Assembly (NCBI GenBank): GCA_024137785.1
Contig: JAHRHZ010000115.1
Coordinates: 701,579-765,578, forward strand
Origin: Ginglymostoma cirratum
Taxonomy: Eukaryota
Reading direction: 5' to 3'
DNA: 64,000 nt
The translations under genes were made by a program, and so were the position numbers. Every line of letters begins with the position of its first letter. The stretch's first letter is position 1. Below are positions 51,650 through 64,000 of the stretch, in pieces. The notes beneath the pieces were generated by a model, which had not been told where the DNA came from, ran no database searches, and saw nothing but the letters and a program-made list of their open reading frames with translations.

Positions 51650-52700
51650 TGCTGACTGCGTCACTAACTAACATTCTACTTCCCATTTCCTGATCTGAAT
51701 CTGACTCATCTAAGCCAACAGTTTGATTCCCATTCCTCTGCTATACTAGTTTAAAACCACACCAGTGAAACCAGAAAAGCCCCCAAGAGGAGATTTGTCC
51801 CAGCTCTGCCCAGTGGCAACCGGTCAGGCTTGTACAGATCCCAACTCCCACGGAAATAGTCCCAATGCCTCATGAATCCAAACTCTTCTCTGGAACACAA
51901 TTTCTCCAGCCACACATTGATCTAATCTATCGTCTTAATCCAGCTCTCGCAAGCATGTGGCCCTGGCAGCAAGTGTGACATTATTACATTTTAGGTCTCA
52001 TATTTTAATGTATCTCCCATCTTCCTACATTCAGCTTTCAGGCCCACATCCCTTTGTTCGCCTGTGTTGTTGGTACCTATGTGGCCCACAACCACTACCT
52101 GTTCACCCTCCAGGTCCAGAATGTCCTATCCCTGATCCTGGCACCACAAAGGTCACATATCATCCTGGATTCATGTCAATGGACACAGAAGTGCCTGACT
52201 GTACCCCTGATTATTGCATCCCGTGTCACTAAGCCCTGCCACTCATTTTTCTCCCCTTCTGTGCAGTAGCGCCATCGGTGGCGTAATGAACTTGATTTCC
52301 TGTGAGGCCCCCCCCAACCATCTCAAGTATCCAAAGTGGTATATGTTTTTGAGAGAGGGATGACCACTGGAGACTCGTACAATTCCTTCCTGACCCTTTT
52401 ACTTTATCAAAAGTCACTCATTTCCATCTGCCTGTGCTGAGTCTCACCTGCGGTGTGACCATCTTGCTAAACATACTGTCCACAGCTTTCTTGATATCAT
52501 GGGTGCTTCACCGTGAGTCCATCCACAGCTCCAGCTCCGGCTCCGGCTCCGAAAAGCAGTTAGCCAGTAGCTGCAAATGGACACACTTCCTGCACACATA
52601 GTCATCGGCAAAACTGGAAGCATCCCTTAATTCCCATGTCGTGCAAGAGGAGCACAGCAGGGGTCTGAGGTTTCCTGTCATGCCTTCTTTATAAATTAAA
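51650..52700 (-). mobile_element. CR1-like LINE 5' region (ORF1)
   Basis: Minus strand MTGNLRPLLCSSCTTWELRD..DDYVCRKCVHLQLL (CxxC..CxxC), then GDAIIRGT..GHIGTN esterase-like remnants. Confidence 0.75.
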
Positions 52701-53649
52701 CTCGTTACTCCCTTTAAAGAGAATTAAATTGAGCTAGAGATCTTTCTTTGTTTCAAACACTTGTATTAAAATCAAAAGCTTCCACCTGTACTTTAGGTGA
52801 TATATTGTACTTTAAAATGTGCAAGAAATTACTCTGGAAGTATCACTTACCTATCAATTCTTTCAATTTGGCCTGTGTCACATTCTGAACTGCCCAGACT
52901 GAGACTGAATTCAGTCTTTCAGCTTCACTATCTCACCTCATTATCTGGTTTTCTCCCAACTCCAAAGCACTGTCATTGAGCCAAGCAACACTCGCGGTGC
53001 AGCCTTGTCATTTTAATTGTCTATTCACACTTACTCTGAACTCAGCCTCCTATACTGTTCCAATGCGGCTTAATGGGAGCTTAGGGAACAGCATCTCATC
53101 TTTCAACTCAGCACATAAAAATGCTTCGGGCTCAAGAATCTGGATTGTTCCACCTCAAAGAGTGCTGGAACTCAAGTCCATAAGGAAATTTAAAAGGAAA
53201 TTTGCAGGTATTTGAGATTGGAGAATTTATGGGTTAAAATTATGAAGTGGATGATTAGGGCAAAATATGACAGTTCTTTCCAAGACATGAGGTGTAATTT
53301 GGATAAATCTGTGCCCCTCTCAGGTCAATATCTCCTTCCTGAACACATACCCCAGGACTGATCTAACCGTGAATTGGAACATGTTGTTGCTTTTAGAATT
53401 ACAAACGTATCAGAGATATTTTCCCATGCACAAACCTTTTCACTTCCACAGTTAAATGCCAATGATATTCAGATTCTGATCACTCTGCTGATTCTGTTAG
53501 AACTGGTTTTGAAATCCTGGTCTGCAAATTATTCTCAATTCATATCCTATAAAACAATTCACGAAAGAAAAGTCACTGTTAGTCCAGGATAGAAATTTAG
53601 AAATGGCAAGCATTTCTCTTGGTTTCAGTCTGCTATATAAATACTCATC

Positions 53650-54075
53650 AAATCGCCCCGCCCCACCCAGGAAGAAGCATGCGCATGCGCGCTGCACCAT
53701 CTTGCCCCCAAAAAAGATGGTGGCAGTAACATAGGGCCTATCACTGCCTGAAGCCCGCAGCTATTTTCCCGTTTGCTGTAAACGCGGAGCCGCTAGTTTC
53801 CAATTCAGGTGTACGGCCTAAACCGTGTGTTTATAAAACTTTCTGGTCCACACTGATTCTTTTTTCCTCCCGGTCTCCGCTGTCTCTCCCTCTTTGCCGT
53901 CACCACTTCCCGCACTCACTCAGGCACCATTACAGCGGCACTGCGCCGGCAGCGGTACTGTTCACGTGACCTGCTCGCCCCGCCCCCTAAATCCCTGGTT
54001 GGCGGACCAGCCGCTTCCGATTGGTCAGTCAGTCCAGCCCAGTCCAATCCTATTGGTCAGTGACAAGCTGTCAGT
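53650..54075 (-). promoter_or_regulatory. CpG-rich promoter and probable first exon (donor after 53920) of the minus-strand ZNF gene
   Basis: GC boxes (53655, 53977), NRF1-type GCGCATGCGC (53681-53690), inverted YY1-like CCATCTT/AAGATGG (53697-53720), TCACGTGAC (53962-53970), CCAAT boxes at 54020, 54044, 54052; GA|GTGAGT donor; branch point plus AG acceptor before 53546. Confidence 0.7.
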
Positions 54076-54338
54076 CAGCCTAGCCCCATGGCGAGGTGAA
54101 TGGAGTTATCCTCCCTCTCTGTTCGCCCTGAGATGAGCTTAATCATTCACAGTGAATGGGCCAGTGTCATCCAGCACCGGGGGGGGGGGGGGCTGGTGGC
54201 CATTCAGCCCGTTGTACTATGTCACTCGAGAAACGCCGCAAATCTATCCCAACTTCGCTGCCATTTGCCCAGAACCCTTCGAATCTTTCTTTAAAAAGTT
54301 ACATTTTTATTTTTGTCTTTTTAATTTTTTTGACCGAC

Positions 54339-55206
54339 AAGAGCTGGAGAATGAGATAGTAGGAACTGCAGATGCTGCAGAATCTGAGATAACAAGGTGC
54401 AGAGCTGAATGAACACAGCAGGCCAAGCAGCATCAGAGGAACAGGAAGGCTGACGTTTCGGGCCTAGACCCTTCTTCATAAATGGTGTTGGGGAAGGGGG
54501 TTCTGAAATGAATAGGGAGAGAGGGGGAGGCGGATAGAAGATGGATAGAGGAGAGGATAGGTGGAGAGGAGACAGACAGGACAAAGAGGCGGGGATGGTG
54601 CCAGTAAAGGTGAGTGGAGGTGGGGAGTTACGGAGGAGATAGGTCAGTCCAGGGAGGACGTACAAGTCAAGAGGGCGGGATGAGGTTAGTCGGGAGGAGA
54701 TGGGGGTGGGGCTTGATGTGAGAGGAAGGACAGGTTAGGGAGGTGGGGACGAGCTGGGCTGGTTTTGGGATGCGGTTGGGGGAGGGGAGATTTTGAAATT
54801 TGTGAAGTCCACATTGATACCATTGGGCTGCAGGGTTCCTAAGCGGAATATGTGGTGCTGTTCCTGCAACCTTCAGGTGGCATCGTTGCGGCACTGCAGG
54901 AGGCCCAGGATGGACATGTCATCTGAGGAATGGGAGGGGGAGTTGAAATGGTTCGTGACTGGGCTCACCTTTACTGGCTCCATCCCCGCATCTTTGATGT
55001 GTCTGTCTCCTCTCCACCTATCTTCTCCTCTATCCATCTTCTATCCGCCTCCCCCTCTCTCCCTATTTATTTCAGAACCCCCTTCCCCTCCCCCATTTCT
55101 GAAGAAGGACCTAGGCCCAAAACGTCAGCCTTCCTGCTTCTCTGATGCTGCTTGGCCTGCTGTGTTCATCCAGCTCTACACCTTGTTATCTAAGAGCTGG
55201 AGAATG
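54339..55206. mobile_element. Penelope-like insertion: 3' part on the minus strand plus an inverted terminal repeat, 15-bp TSD
   Basis: AAGAGCTGGAGAATG at 54339-54353 and 55192-55206; 54963-55191 is the reverse complement of ~54388-54615; degenerate hammerhead cores at 54452-54479 (-) and 55099-55126 (+). Confidence 0.92.
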
Positions 55207-55609
55207 GCGGCATTGTTCCCCTTTTGCTGCATTCATGTATTCCTACACTTGAGTACATGTGACAATAAAATTTAATTCTAATTCTACGTTCTAAATCTCT
55301 TTTGGGAATAACTGTTCCAGATGCTCAGAACATGCTGGGTAAAGCAATTTTCACATGTTCACCCTGCATTATTTGACAATTATTTGAAAGTTGGATTCTG
55401 TGGTCCAAAATTGTGACGACTGATACGTCTCTACAAAACAGAAACCCAAATAAATGTTAATTTATTCATGGAGCATGGTCTATGGTATCCAGTCCAGTAT
55501 TTACCGGCCATCTTTAATTTGACTTGGAGAATGTGGCCGTTAACTGTCTTCTTGAACTGCTGCAGTGCATGTGCGTTAAGTACACCACAGTGTTGTTTGG
55601 GTGACATTC

Positions 55610-56140
55610 TGCAACAGCCTCACAATCCTCCCTATCTTTGTAACCCCATCGATATCTGACAAAACTCATTATCCCTGCAATCTCCTTCAGCCTCGCAGTC
55701 CTCCCTACCACTGTAACCTCCTCCAATTTCACAAACCACCCTATCTCCGTAACCTCATCCAGCCCCTCCAACTCTCCCCATCTCTGTGAACCCCTCCAGC
55801 CTCACAATCTTCCCTATCTCTGTAATTCTCCTCTGAAATAGCTCCACAAAGGGCGGTCACCCTTTATTTACCTGTATGTAGCACACAACAGTGATGCAGC
55901 TAGCTCAGACATGGATCCTAGAGTGACCAGAACCCCTGACATATCTGTCAGCGAAGATTTCCTGTTTGAACCAGTTTCTCTAGCCCTTACATTCTTAGTT
56001 CTGTCATGTCCTCCAGCCTCATAACACTCACTATCTCCATAATCTCCTCCAGCCTCACAATCCTCCCTATCGATGTAATATCCTCCAGCCTCAAAACACT
56101 CCCTATCTGTAATCTCCTCCAACCTCATAAATCTCTGAGA
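55610..56140 (+). repeat. ~36-bp imperfect minisatellite in two blocks
   Basis: Unit ~CTCCTCCAGCCTCACAATCCTCCCTATCTCTGTAAC, about 6 copies at 55612-55833 and about 4 at 56009-56140, continuing into an L2-type 3' sequence. Confidence 0.75.
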
Positions 56141-57099
56141 TATGCACTTTCCTCTAATAATAGCCTTGTGTGAATACTCCATTTTTATTTCTCCACTTGA
56201 TGGTGGCAATTTCAGATACCTAGTCCCCAAGTTCCAGAATTTCCTTCTAAATCACTCTGCCTCTTTACTCCACCTTCCACCCAAAAGTTTTGACCATTGA
56301 TGAGTCATCTACTCTAATATCTCCTTCTCTGACCTGGTTCAAACGTTGCTTATTGTATTTGTATATTGCATCTCAGAGGTATATGGTACAGAAAAAAAAG
56401 GCTCTGCAGCGATCGAGTCTGTGCCAGTTAAAAGTAACCACCTAACTATTCCAATCCCATTTTCCAGCACTTGGCCCACAGCCTTGTGAGCTTTCACAAG
56501 TCTGCATCTAAATACATCTTAAATTTTAACAGGACTTCTGCATCTACCACACTTACAGACAGTGAGGTTCAGTATAAGTATCATGATAACATTACACGCA
56601 GGAACACAGAACATCAGGGTCTGTGAAGTCGAGAGATCACCCACACATTGGAAAGGATGGGAGGGTCCCTGAGAGGGTGCAGAGCTGCTATATTAACAAT
56701 GTTATATGTCCTGTAGTAATGGCCAAGTAGTGAAGGTGATAGATTTCAAATCTATTGGCTGTCCCTCACAGATTTGAGCCCTCCTAATTACTCATCTTTC
56801 CTGATTTTAGTCTGTGATATTGGCCAAATGCAGGCAAGCAAGGCTAGTATATTTAGGAAAACTTGGTTGGCATGGACACGTTGGACTGAAAGGTCTATTG
56901 CTGTGCTGTTTGACTCTATGATACAAGTGATCCCGTTTAAAAACTGGAACTAACCAAACTTGTTGATCTCAGTTTGAGAACTTGTTCTTCAATATTAGGT
57001 CAACACATTCATTCTGATCATGTGAATTTGTTCTCATGTTTTGAAAAACAATCCAAGAATATGAAGGGTTGAATTTTACTGAAACACAAAACAGGAGAG

Positions 57100-57540
57100 G
57101 AGTTTAAGCAGTTCAGACTGCTGAAGAACATAAAAGCCCATGATGTAAGGGGCATGGTCCTGGCATGGATAAAGGATTGGATGACTGGCAGAAGCAGAGA
57201 GTGGGCATAAAGGAGTCTTATTGAGGATGGCAAACACTGACCAGTGGAGTTCTATAAGGGTCAATATTGGGCTCACAACTATTCACAATATACATTTTTG
57301 ATTGTGACAAAGGAACTGATGATGGTGCAGCTAGGTTTTCAGTTGAGACAAAGATACGTGGAGAGACAGTTAGTGTTGAGGAAGCAAAGAGCTGCAAGAA
57401 GGCTTGGATACGCTAGGAGAATGGGCAAAGAAGTGGCAGATGGAATACAATACGGGAAACTGTGGGGTTGTGCAATTTAGTGGGAAGAATAGAGGTGTTG
57501 ACCAGTTTCTAAATGCAAAGGGCTTAGAAAATCTGAAACA
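57100..57540 (+). mobile_element. CR1-like RT fragment
   Basis: WIKDWMTGR.QRVGI; LGEWAKKWQMEYN. Confidence 0.8.
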
Positions 57541-57939
57541 GGAGCACCATGAAAACTGTTTCAAGCTTTCAGAACTTGTTATATTGTTGCTGCTTTCACC
57601 ATTTGATCTTCCTTTTCCAGATATTTTCACAAAGAAACAAGTCTCCTTCAGACAATGTATTGCAGTGGAACTCACTACTAAATAGCGACTGGCCCATAAA
57701 TCCAGTACTTTAGGCTGCCTGATAACACTGCAACAACAAACACACCACAAAATAATGTTTCAACTGATGGAATTCAAACACAGTGTGAATGTGTGCATGC
57801 ACAATAACATTCAAAACCCAATCTTACGGCTACACAATTGTATTAACATTTTAGTTCCAAAATCAGCGCATTTAACACAGCAGCGTTTAATACCATCAAA
57901 AAAAAAGCCAATGAGCTTGACATCATTCCTTTAACTGTG

Positions 57940-58570
57940 GTTCTTTGTGAATTCACTGGTATGTTAGCAGGATGGATGACAGAGTAATTACCTTCCCACA
58001 CATGGAGCAAGTGAATGGTTACTCTCCGCAGTGTGAATTTGCTTGTTTCTCAGCAGGCTGGATGACAGGGTGAATCCCTTCCCACACATGGAGCAAGTGA
58101 ATGGCTTTTCTCCAATGTGAATTCGCTGGTGTTCCAGCAGGTGCGTTGACTAAGTGAACTTCCCACACTCAGAGCAGGTGAAAGGTTTCTTCCCTGTGTG
58201 AACTCACTGCTGTGTTAGTAAGTTGGGTGACTCAGTGAATCCCTTCCCAAACAGACAGCAGATGAACAGTCTCTCCCCAGTGTGAACTCACTGGTGTACC
58301 ACAGGTGGGATGACTCAGTGAATCTTTTCCCACACTCAGTGCAGATGAATGGTCTCTCCCAATGTGACTGCATAGGTGAGTTTCCAGCTGGTAGGGGTAA
58401 CAAAATCCCTTCTCACAATTCCCACATTTACACAGTCTCTCCCCAGTGTGACTGTGCTGGTGTTTGGACATTTGAGATGAATGTTCAAAGACTCTTCTAG
58501 ACACAGAGCATGTTTAGAGGGTCTCCCCAGAGAGAACGGTGTGTTTTCCTTACATGTTCAAACTCCTGTG
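57940..58570 (-). pseudogene. C2H2 zinc-finger pseudogene, paralog of 49132-50040
   Basis: MSKHQHSHTGERLCKCGNCEKGF.. with frameshifts; flanks 58560-58790 and 57780-57960 align with 50040-50260 and 48780-49000. Confidence 0.87.
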
Positions 58571-59149
58571 ATAAATAGTTTGTGACAAACAGAGTGACTA
58601 TCTGATCTGGATGCGGTTTTGATTGACTTCTCTAATTGCAAATCAAATTTTCAAACAGAAAAGAAAGTAAGCAGTGGGAGAGAAACTAGAAGAACACACA
58701 CAGGTTGTCAAATTGAGGGAAATTAATCTGGTCATTTGTGGACCCAACACTTAGCGAGAAACATCACCATGAAAAGTGCTGGATTATCATCAATTCCCAA
58801 CATCAGTACCAGTAATATAGAGATAAAGGTGAGAGAGACATTTTATGTATCTACAACTTGACCTTGTTAATACTTTTTGCCCAATACATTTAATCCCTTG
58901 ATCTGAAGAACTAACGAAAAGTACAGAAGCAAAACTCTAGAAATCTGAAATAAAAACAAACTGCTGAAAATATTGGTTCTAAGAGAGGGTCACTGGACCC
59001 AAAACATTAACTTTGATTTCTCTTCCCAGATGTTGCCAGACCTGCTGAGCTTTTCCAGCAACTTCTGTTTTTGTTGTTGGAAATACTCAACAGGTTTGCC
59101 AGTATTTGAAATGGTGACAGATGTAGAAGGGGGAGAGCTGCCCCACAGA

Positions 59150-60745
59150 CTGGTCAAGCACAGTAGGATACAGTCAGGAGACAGTGGCCCTGGGAGTCCT
59201 CAACATTGACTCCAGACCCCATGATGTCTCATGACTTCAAATGAAAGATGGATAACGAAACCTCCTACTGATTACCATGCACTACCCTCCATCAGCTGAT
59301 GAATCACTGCTTCTCCATGTGGAATAACACTTAGAGGAAGCACAGAGGGTGGCAATGGCACAAAACACATTCTGGGTGGTGCCCAACACCAAAATTGGCT
59401 CGGCAGCAGCACTACTGATCGAGCTGGTCAGAACTTAAAGGGCATAGCTTTAAAGAATCAACAAGAGGGGAAAACATACTTGACCTCATCCTTACCAATC
59501 TGCAAGTGTACCTGTACATGCCAGTATCGGTAAGAGTGACCACCGCACAGAGCTTGTTGAGACAAAGCTCCACCCTCAGGTTGAGAGAACCCTGCATTGT
59601 GTTGTGTGGGACACCACCGTGCTAAATAGGACAAACCTCAAACAGATCTAGCAACTCAGCATTGGGCATGCATGAAGTGCTATGGACCATCAACAGCAGC
59701 AGAATTGCTACTCAAACACAATCGGCAATCTCATGCCACAGCATATCCCCACTCAACCACTACCATCAAGCTAGGGGATTGAACTTGATTCAATGTAGAG
59801 TGCAGGAGGGCAAGCCAGGAGCAGCACTAAGCATACCTAAATATGAGACGTCAACCTGGTGATGGTACCAAACAGCATAAGCAGCAAGTGGCAGGGTGAG
59901 CTTAGCAATCCCTCAACCAACAGATCAAATCTAAGCTCTGCAGTCTTGCCACACCCAGTTGTGAATGGTGGTGAAAATTTAAATAACTAACTGGAAGAGG
60001 AAGCTCCACAAATACCCCCATCCTCCTTCATGGAAGAGTCCAACAAATCAACATATGATTTTGGAACATTCACAGCCACTTTCAGCCAGAAAAAAACTGC
60101 CAAGTAGATGATCCATCTCGGCCTCCTCCAAGTTTTCCCAAAATCACAGATGCCAGTCTTCAGGCAATTCGATTCACTCCACGAGATATCAAGAAATGAT
60201 TAGAGTCACTGGATTCTGCAAAGGCTGTGGGCCCTGACCACATTCCAATAATAGGACTGAAGCATTATGCTTCAGAAATTGCTGCTGCACTTGTCAACTG
60301 TTCCAGTAAAGTGACAACACTTCGCACCTTCCCAAAAGTGTGGAAAGTTGTTCAGACATAGCCTCTACAAAAAAGCCAGGACAAATCCAACATATCCAAT
60401 TACCGCTCCATCAGTTGACTCTTGATCAGCAGTAGAGTGATGCAATGCATCGTCAACAGTCCTATCAAGCAGCACCTATACAGCAATAACCTATTCAGAT
60501 ACATGAGAACACATCTACCTGCACGTTGCCTTCCAAGCCACTGACCATCCTGGTATGGAAATTTATGGTCATTTCTTCACTGTTGCTGGAATCCCCTCCC
60601 AAAGAGCACAGTGAACCTACCTACAGTGCATAGACTGCGGCAGTTTAAATAGGCAGCTCACCACCACCACCACTGTCTCAAGGGCAACTAAGTATGGGCA
60701 ATAAATTCTAGCCAGCCAGTGACACCCATTTTCCATTAGAGAGAG
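59150..60745 (+). mobile_element. Degraded LINE (APE, start of RT, 3' tail) whose tail is shared with the SINE at 62814
   Basis: TRGENILDLILTN..SDH; KAVGPDHIP; NYRSIS; tail GGGCAACTAAG.ATGGGCAATAAAT..CCAG.GAC.CCCAT. Confidence 0.8.
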
Positions 60746-60809
60746 AGTAAAAAAAAACGTAAATTATTCACATCAGAAACAGATGCCAAGAAAACAGATT
60801 CACTCCTGC

Positions 60810-60980
60810 ATATGGTTCACAGTGAAACCCAATCAACGGAGTGACTTGTGAACTCACTGGTGTCTCAGTAGACAGGCCGACCAAGTGACTGCCTTCCCAC
60901 AGATGGAGCAGGTGAATGATATGTCCCTGGTGTGACCTTGTTGATCAGCAGCGAGTTGAGATGAAAGACTGAACCCAGTC
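60810..60980 (-). pseudogene. ZNF finger remnant
   Basis: Minus strand [27 protein letters not shown]. Confidence 0.6.
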
Positions 60981-61014
60981 CCACACCAAGGTCATCTATT
61001 TCCACCAAAGTGAC

Positions 61015-61580
61015 GCCACCCAACACCACCCTAGTCTCTGCTCATCTGCTGCTAAAACTGTCACCCGTTCCTTGGTTACCTCTGGATTTAACTATCTAAC
61101 ACACTCCTGGCCAGCATCCCACATTCAAACTCGCTGTAATCTCAAGGATGTCTAAAATTCTGCTGCCCATATGCTTACTTGTTCACCAATCACCCCTGTG
61201 TTCCCTCACCTACAGAGGCTCCTATTTTAATCAATAATGTTTTAAAAATCTCAACCTCGACTTCATTCATGGCTGTGATCATCCCTATCTCCCCACACAA
61301 TACATCCATCAAGGCCTCAACAATTCATTTAGTTTCGACTCCAAAGATGCATTTATTCCATCCTCCACCATCGGTGGGCTGTTTCATAACATGACATGGT
61401 CTGGAATTCCACCCTACACCTCTCAGGTCCGCTTTCTCCTTTAAGGTATTCCTGAAAACCTGTTTATTTGACAATGTTTTTGGTCACCTGTCCTAAATAT
61501 CACCTTCTGTGGCCTCAGGTCAAAAGTCACTCTGCAATATTTCTGTGAAATTAGAAACATAATAGAAATATAAATTATTG
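61015..61580 (+). mobile_element. L2-like LINE 3' fragment
   Basis: GCTGCTAAAACTGTCA..GTTACCTCTGGATTTAACTAT (VTSRLDY-like), TGGAATTCC..CTGAAAACCTG.TT.TTTGAC tail. Confidence 0.65.
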
Positions 61581-62813
61581 TTGATTTAGACATGTATTAT
61601 CAACTCTTTCCTGTCACTGGGTGAATGATCTGTAACTCTTTACCAAATTGTATTGTAGGAGCACCTTCACCAAAAGATGCAGAAGTACAAGATGGTCAAG
61701 CATCACCATCACCATAGACAACGGGACTTTGGCAATAATTGCTGGTATCTGTGGAGGGAAAAACTGAGTTAATGTTTCAGGGTATACAAAATGAATTACA
61801 GGGAATGAAAATGGTGTGGAATTTGATGGTCAGAAATGGAAGGGAAGTGGACTTTCACGCTGGAAAGTGAATTCCTGACTGTGAAAGGTCATGTATGCAG
61901 ATGAATCAGGTAAGGCAGCAGCGCATGTTCAGAGGATGGGCAGCAGTGGAAACTCATTTACACAAGGTTGATAGAAGTAACAGTAAAATACAAAACAGAG
62001 CTCAAATGTACACCTTATCAGAGGCTGAGGAAGTCAAATATTGACAAAGAGTTGATCAGGAGCACAAAGGTGAATTTAAGCAGTGTTCAGTGTTATGATC
62101 CCCACTATATGAACACTGGACTGCCAGAAATCTTTTGATAGATCAAAATATTTAATGCAGGGCTTCCTGCAGTGAGGCAACAGCAGGTAACACGGAGCTC
62201 TGATGAAGTTAAAAGCATTTCTCCTGCACCAAGTATCTAAAGTGTAACAGCCACAATTATGTTGCGTGAAACCAATTCTTTGCTTCAGTACTTTGCCAGC
62301 CAGCATAAACCATCTCTCTCAGGAAACACTAGTCGTCTCTCTCGTCTGGGAAAGAAATCCAGAAGAAAGAAACTTTTCTCTTGGTTTGGTTTGCTCTGCC
62401 TGTCAGGGAAGGCTGTGCATGTGTCCCGCTGCAGCTCACACTTGGTTAAAAGACTAAAGTGCGAGTATTTAAAAGAAAGCTTCCTTATCCTTTATTCTTA
62501 CGCTGAACTTTTTATTTATGATTCTCTCAAGTCTGTAACAAATATTTAAGTATCCTGTATCTAGGTACCCTGTACCTAAGATGGCATTACAAACTTTTCA
62601 CTGCAATCATTTGGGTGCATGTGACGATAAAGGCTATTCACAAAGATGGCAGCCGCACATGTTTTCAACGGGTCATTGCCCCAGTAAAGATTACCCAGGC
62701 TCATCACAGGCTGAGGCCCACAGCCGTTTTTCCTTTTGCTGCCAGAAGTTTAAAAACCAGGAGTTTAAAATTTGTGTTTTCCGACGTTCACCAACATTGT
62801 TAAAACCTCTGCA

Positions 62814-63143
62814 GGGGGAGGCAATGGCTTAGTTAATCCAGAGACCCAGATAGCATTCTAGAGACACTGGTTTGAATCCCACCATGGCAGATGGTGAAAT
62901 TTGAATTCAATAAAATATCCAGAATTAAGAATCTAATGATGACCATGAATCCATTGTCGATTGTCAGAAAAACCCATCTGGTTCCCGTTAGGGAAGGAAA
63001 CTGCCATCCCTACCTGGTCTGGCCTACATGTGACTCCAGACCCACAGCAACATGGTTGACTCTAAACTGCCCTCTAGGCAATTAGGGATGGGCAATAAAT
63101 GTTGCCTGGTCAGCGATGCCCTCATCCCCTCAATGAATAAAGA
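62814..63143 (+). mobile_element. tRNA-derived SINE
   Basis: Head GGGGAGGCAATGGC.TAGT with B-box GGTTTGAATCCC (62869-62880), central domain, LINE-derived tail ending AATGAATAAA. Confidence 0.8.
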
Positions 63144-64000
63144 ATCTCAGTCCAAACTAGCATTACTTCATTCCCACTTTTTGCTTTTTTTCTCTTTCAT
63201 GACCGTATCCTGCACCTTCCATCCATGCCCACGCGTCAGTCACAGTGATACTGCACCTGCGGACAAAGAAATGTTTCGGGAGGAAATTCAAGACCGTGTG
63301 TCGGCAGCAGCTCTATTTCTGGAGTGATGTAAGTGCAGGGGTAAGGTGTCCAGAAAGGGGAATTGCGAGGAGTGCATAGGATCTTAAGAATGGAGGAATT
63401 TCCAGAGACTGTCTGTCATTGAGAACATAGCTGCCTCATGGAGCTTGAAGAATGACATTGTAATGGGCTCATGCAGGCCATGACCACAGCGGTACAGGAG
63501 ATTTCTTCTGCCGTAAGCAGGAGGATAGATCTTGTCTCCACGAGCTTGCAAAATGTCACTTATCACCAGCAAACTGGTCGGAGGCAAGGTCAGGGATGCT
63601 GTGACAGGAGAGGGGATCGGGAACTCCGCACAAAGCCCATCCCTTCTCACTGTTTTCAGCCTCAAACCCGAAACACCACCTCTATTTCCCACACTCGCTG
63701 TATCTGGCCATGCACAAGTAGGAGTGGAACAGTCTTTACTGGAATCATCTGGGGCTCTGAGTGATGACCAAAAGTATCTGAGCAGTGAGAGAAGGGATTT
63801 GAGAAGCCTGTTGCTACATTTGCTGAAACCTGCAGAATGCACCTCATAGAAGCAATAGGAAACATTTGTGCTACAAACTGTAACTGATTAAATGTGTGAG
63901 TGCACATTGGGGTTAACAAGTTTGACAAAATGTTGCTCTTTTTAAATAGCCAAATGAAGGGTTTGAGTTCTAAATAAAGGCCAGATAGGCTGGAACTTTT

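Noticed and set aside
55610-56140. 36-bp repeats as a CRISPR-like array
   Set aside because: Contiguous degenerate units without unique spacers, in vertebrate DNA.
63384-63928. Overlapping ORFs at the window end, and similar ones at 42295-42718 and 45069-45542
   Set aside because: No recognisable domain or splice structure; probably decayed repeat sequence.

Overview
Vertebrate genomic DNA, AT-rich and retrotransposon-dense, from a cartilaginous fish (shark-type IgM exons and repeats; species not determinable). (1) A complete + strand IgM heavy-chain constant region: Cmu1 4163-4462, Cmu2 7458-7769, Cmu3 10975-11280, Cmu4+secretory tail 11744-12135, TM1 15045-15172, TM2 15309-15317; V/D/J are not in the window. 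(2) A second, convergent (- strand) IgM copy that keeps open Cmu3, Cmu4, TM1 and TM2 with splice and polyA sites but has no Cmu1/Cmu2. Its 5' end is an inversion junction (~35960), then an in-register telomere-like filler (~36400) abutting a C2H2 zinc-finger pseudogene. (3) A cluster of C2H2 zinc-finger genes with no visible effector domain (one intact 9-finger ORF with a CpG-rich promoter, several pseudogenes) interleaved with the Ig genes. (4) Many Penelope-like (RT + GIY-YIG) retroelement copies whose terminal repeats carry minimal hammerhead-ribozyme cores, two of them inverted-arm insertions with 15-bp target-site duplications, plus CR1, L2, Rex/Babar LINE and SINE fragments. All comparisons were made by eye; repeat boundaries are approximate.
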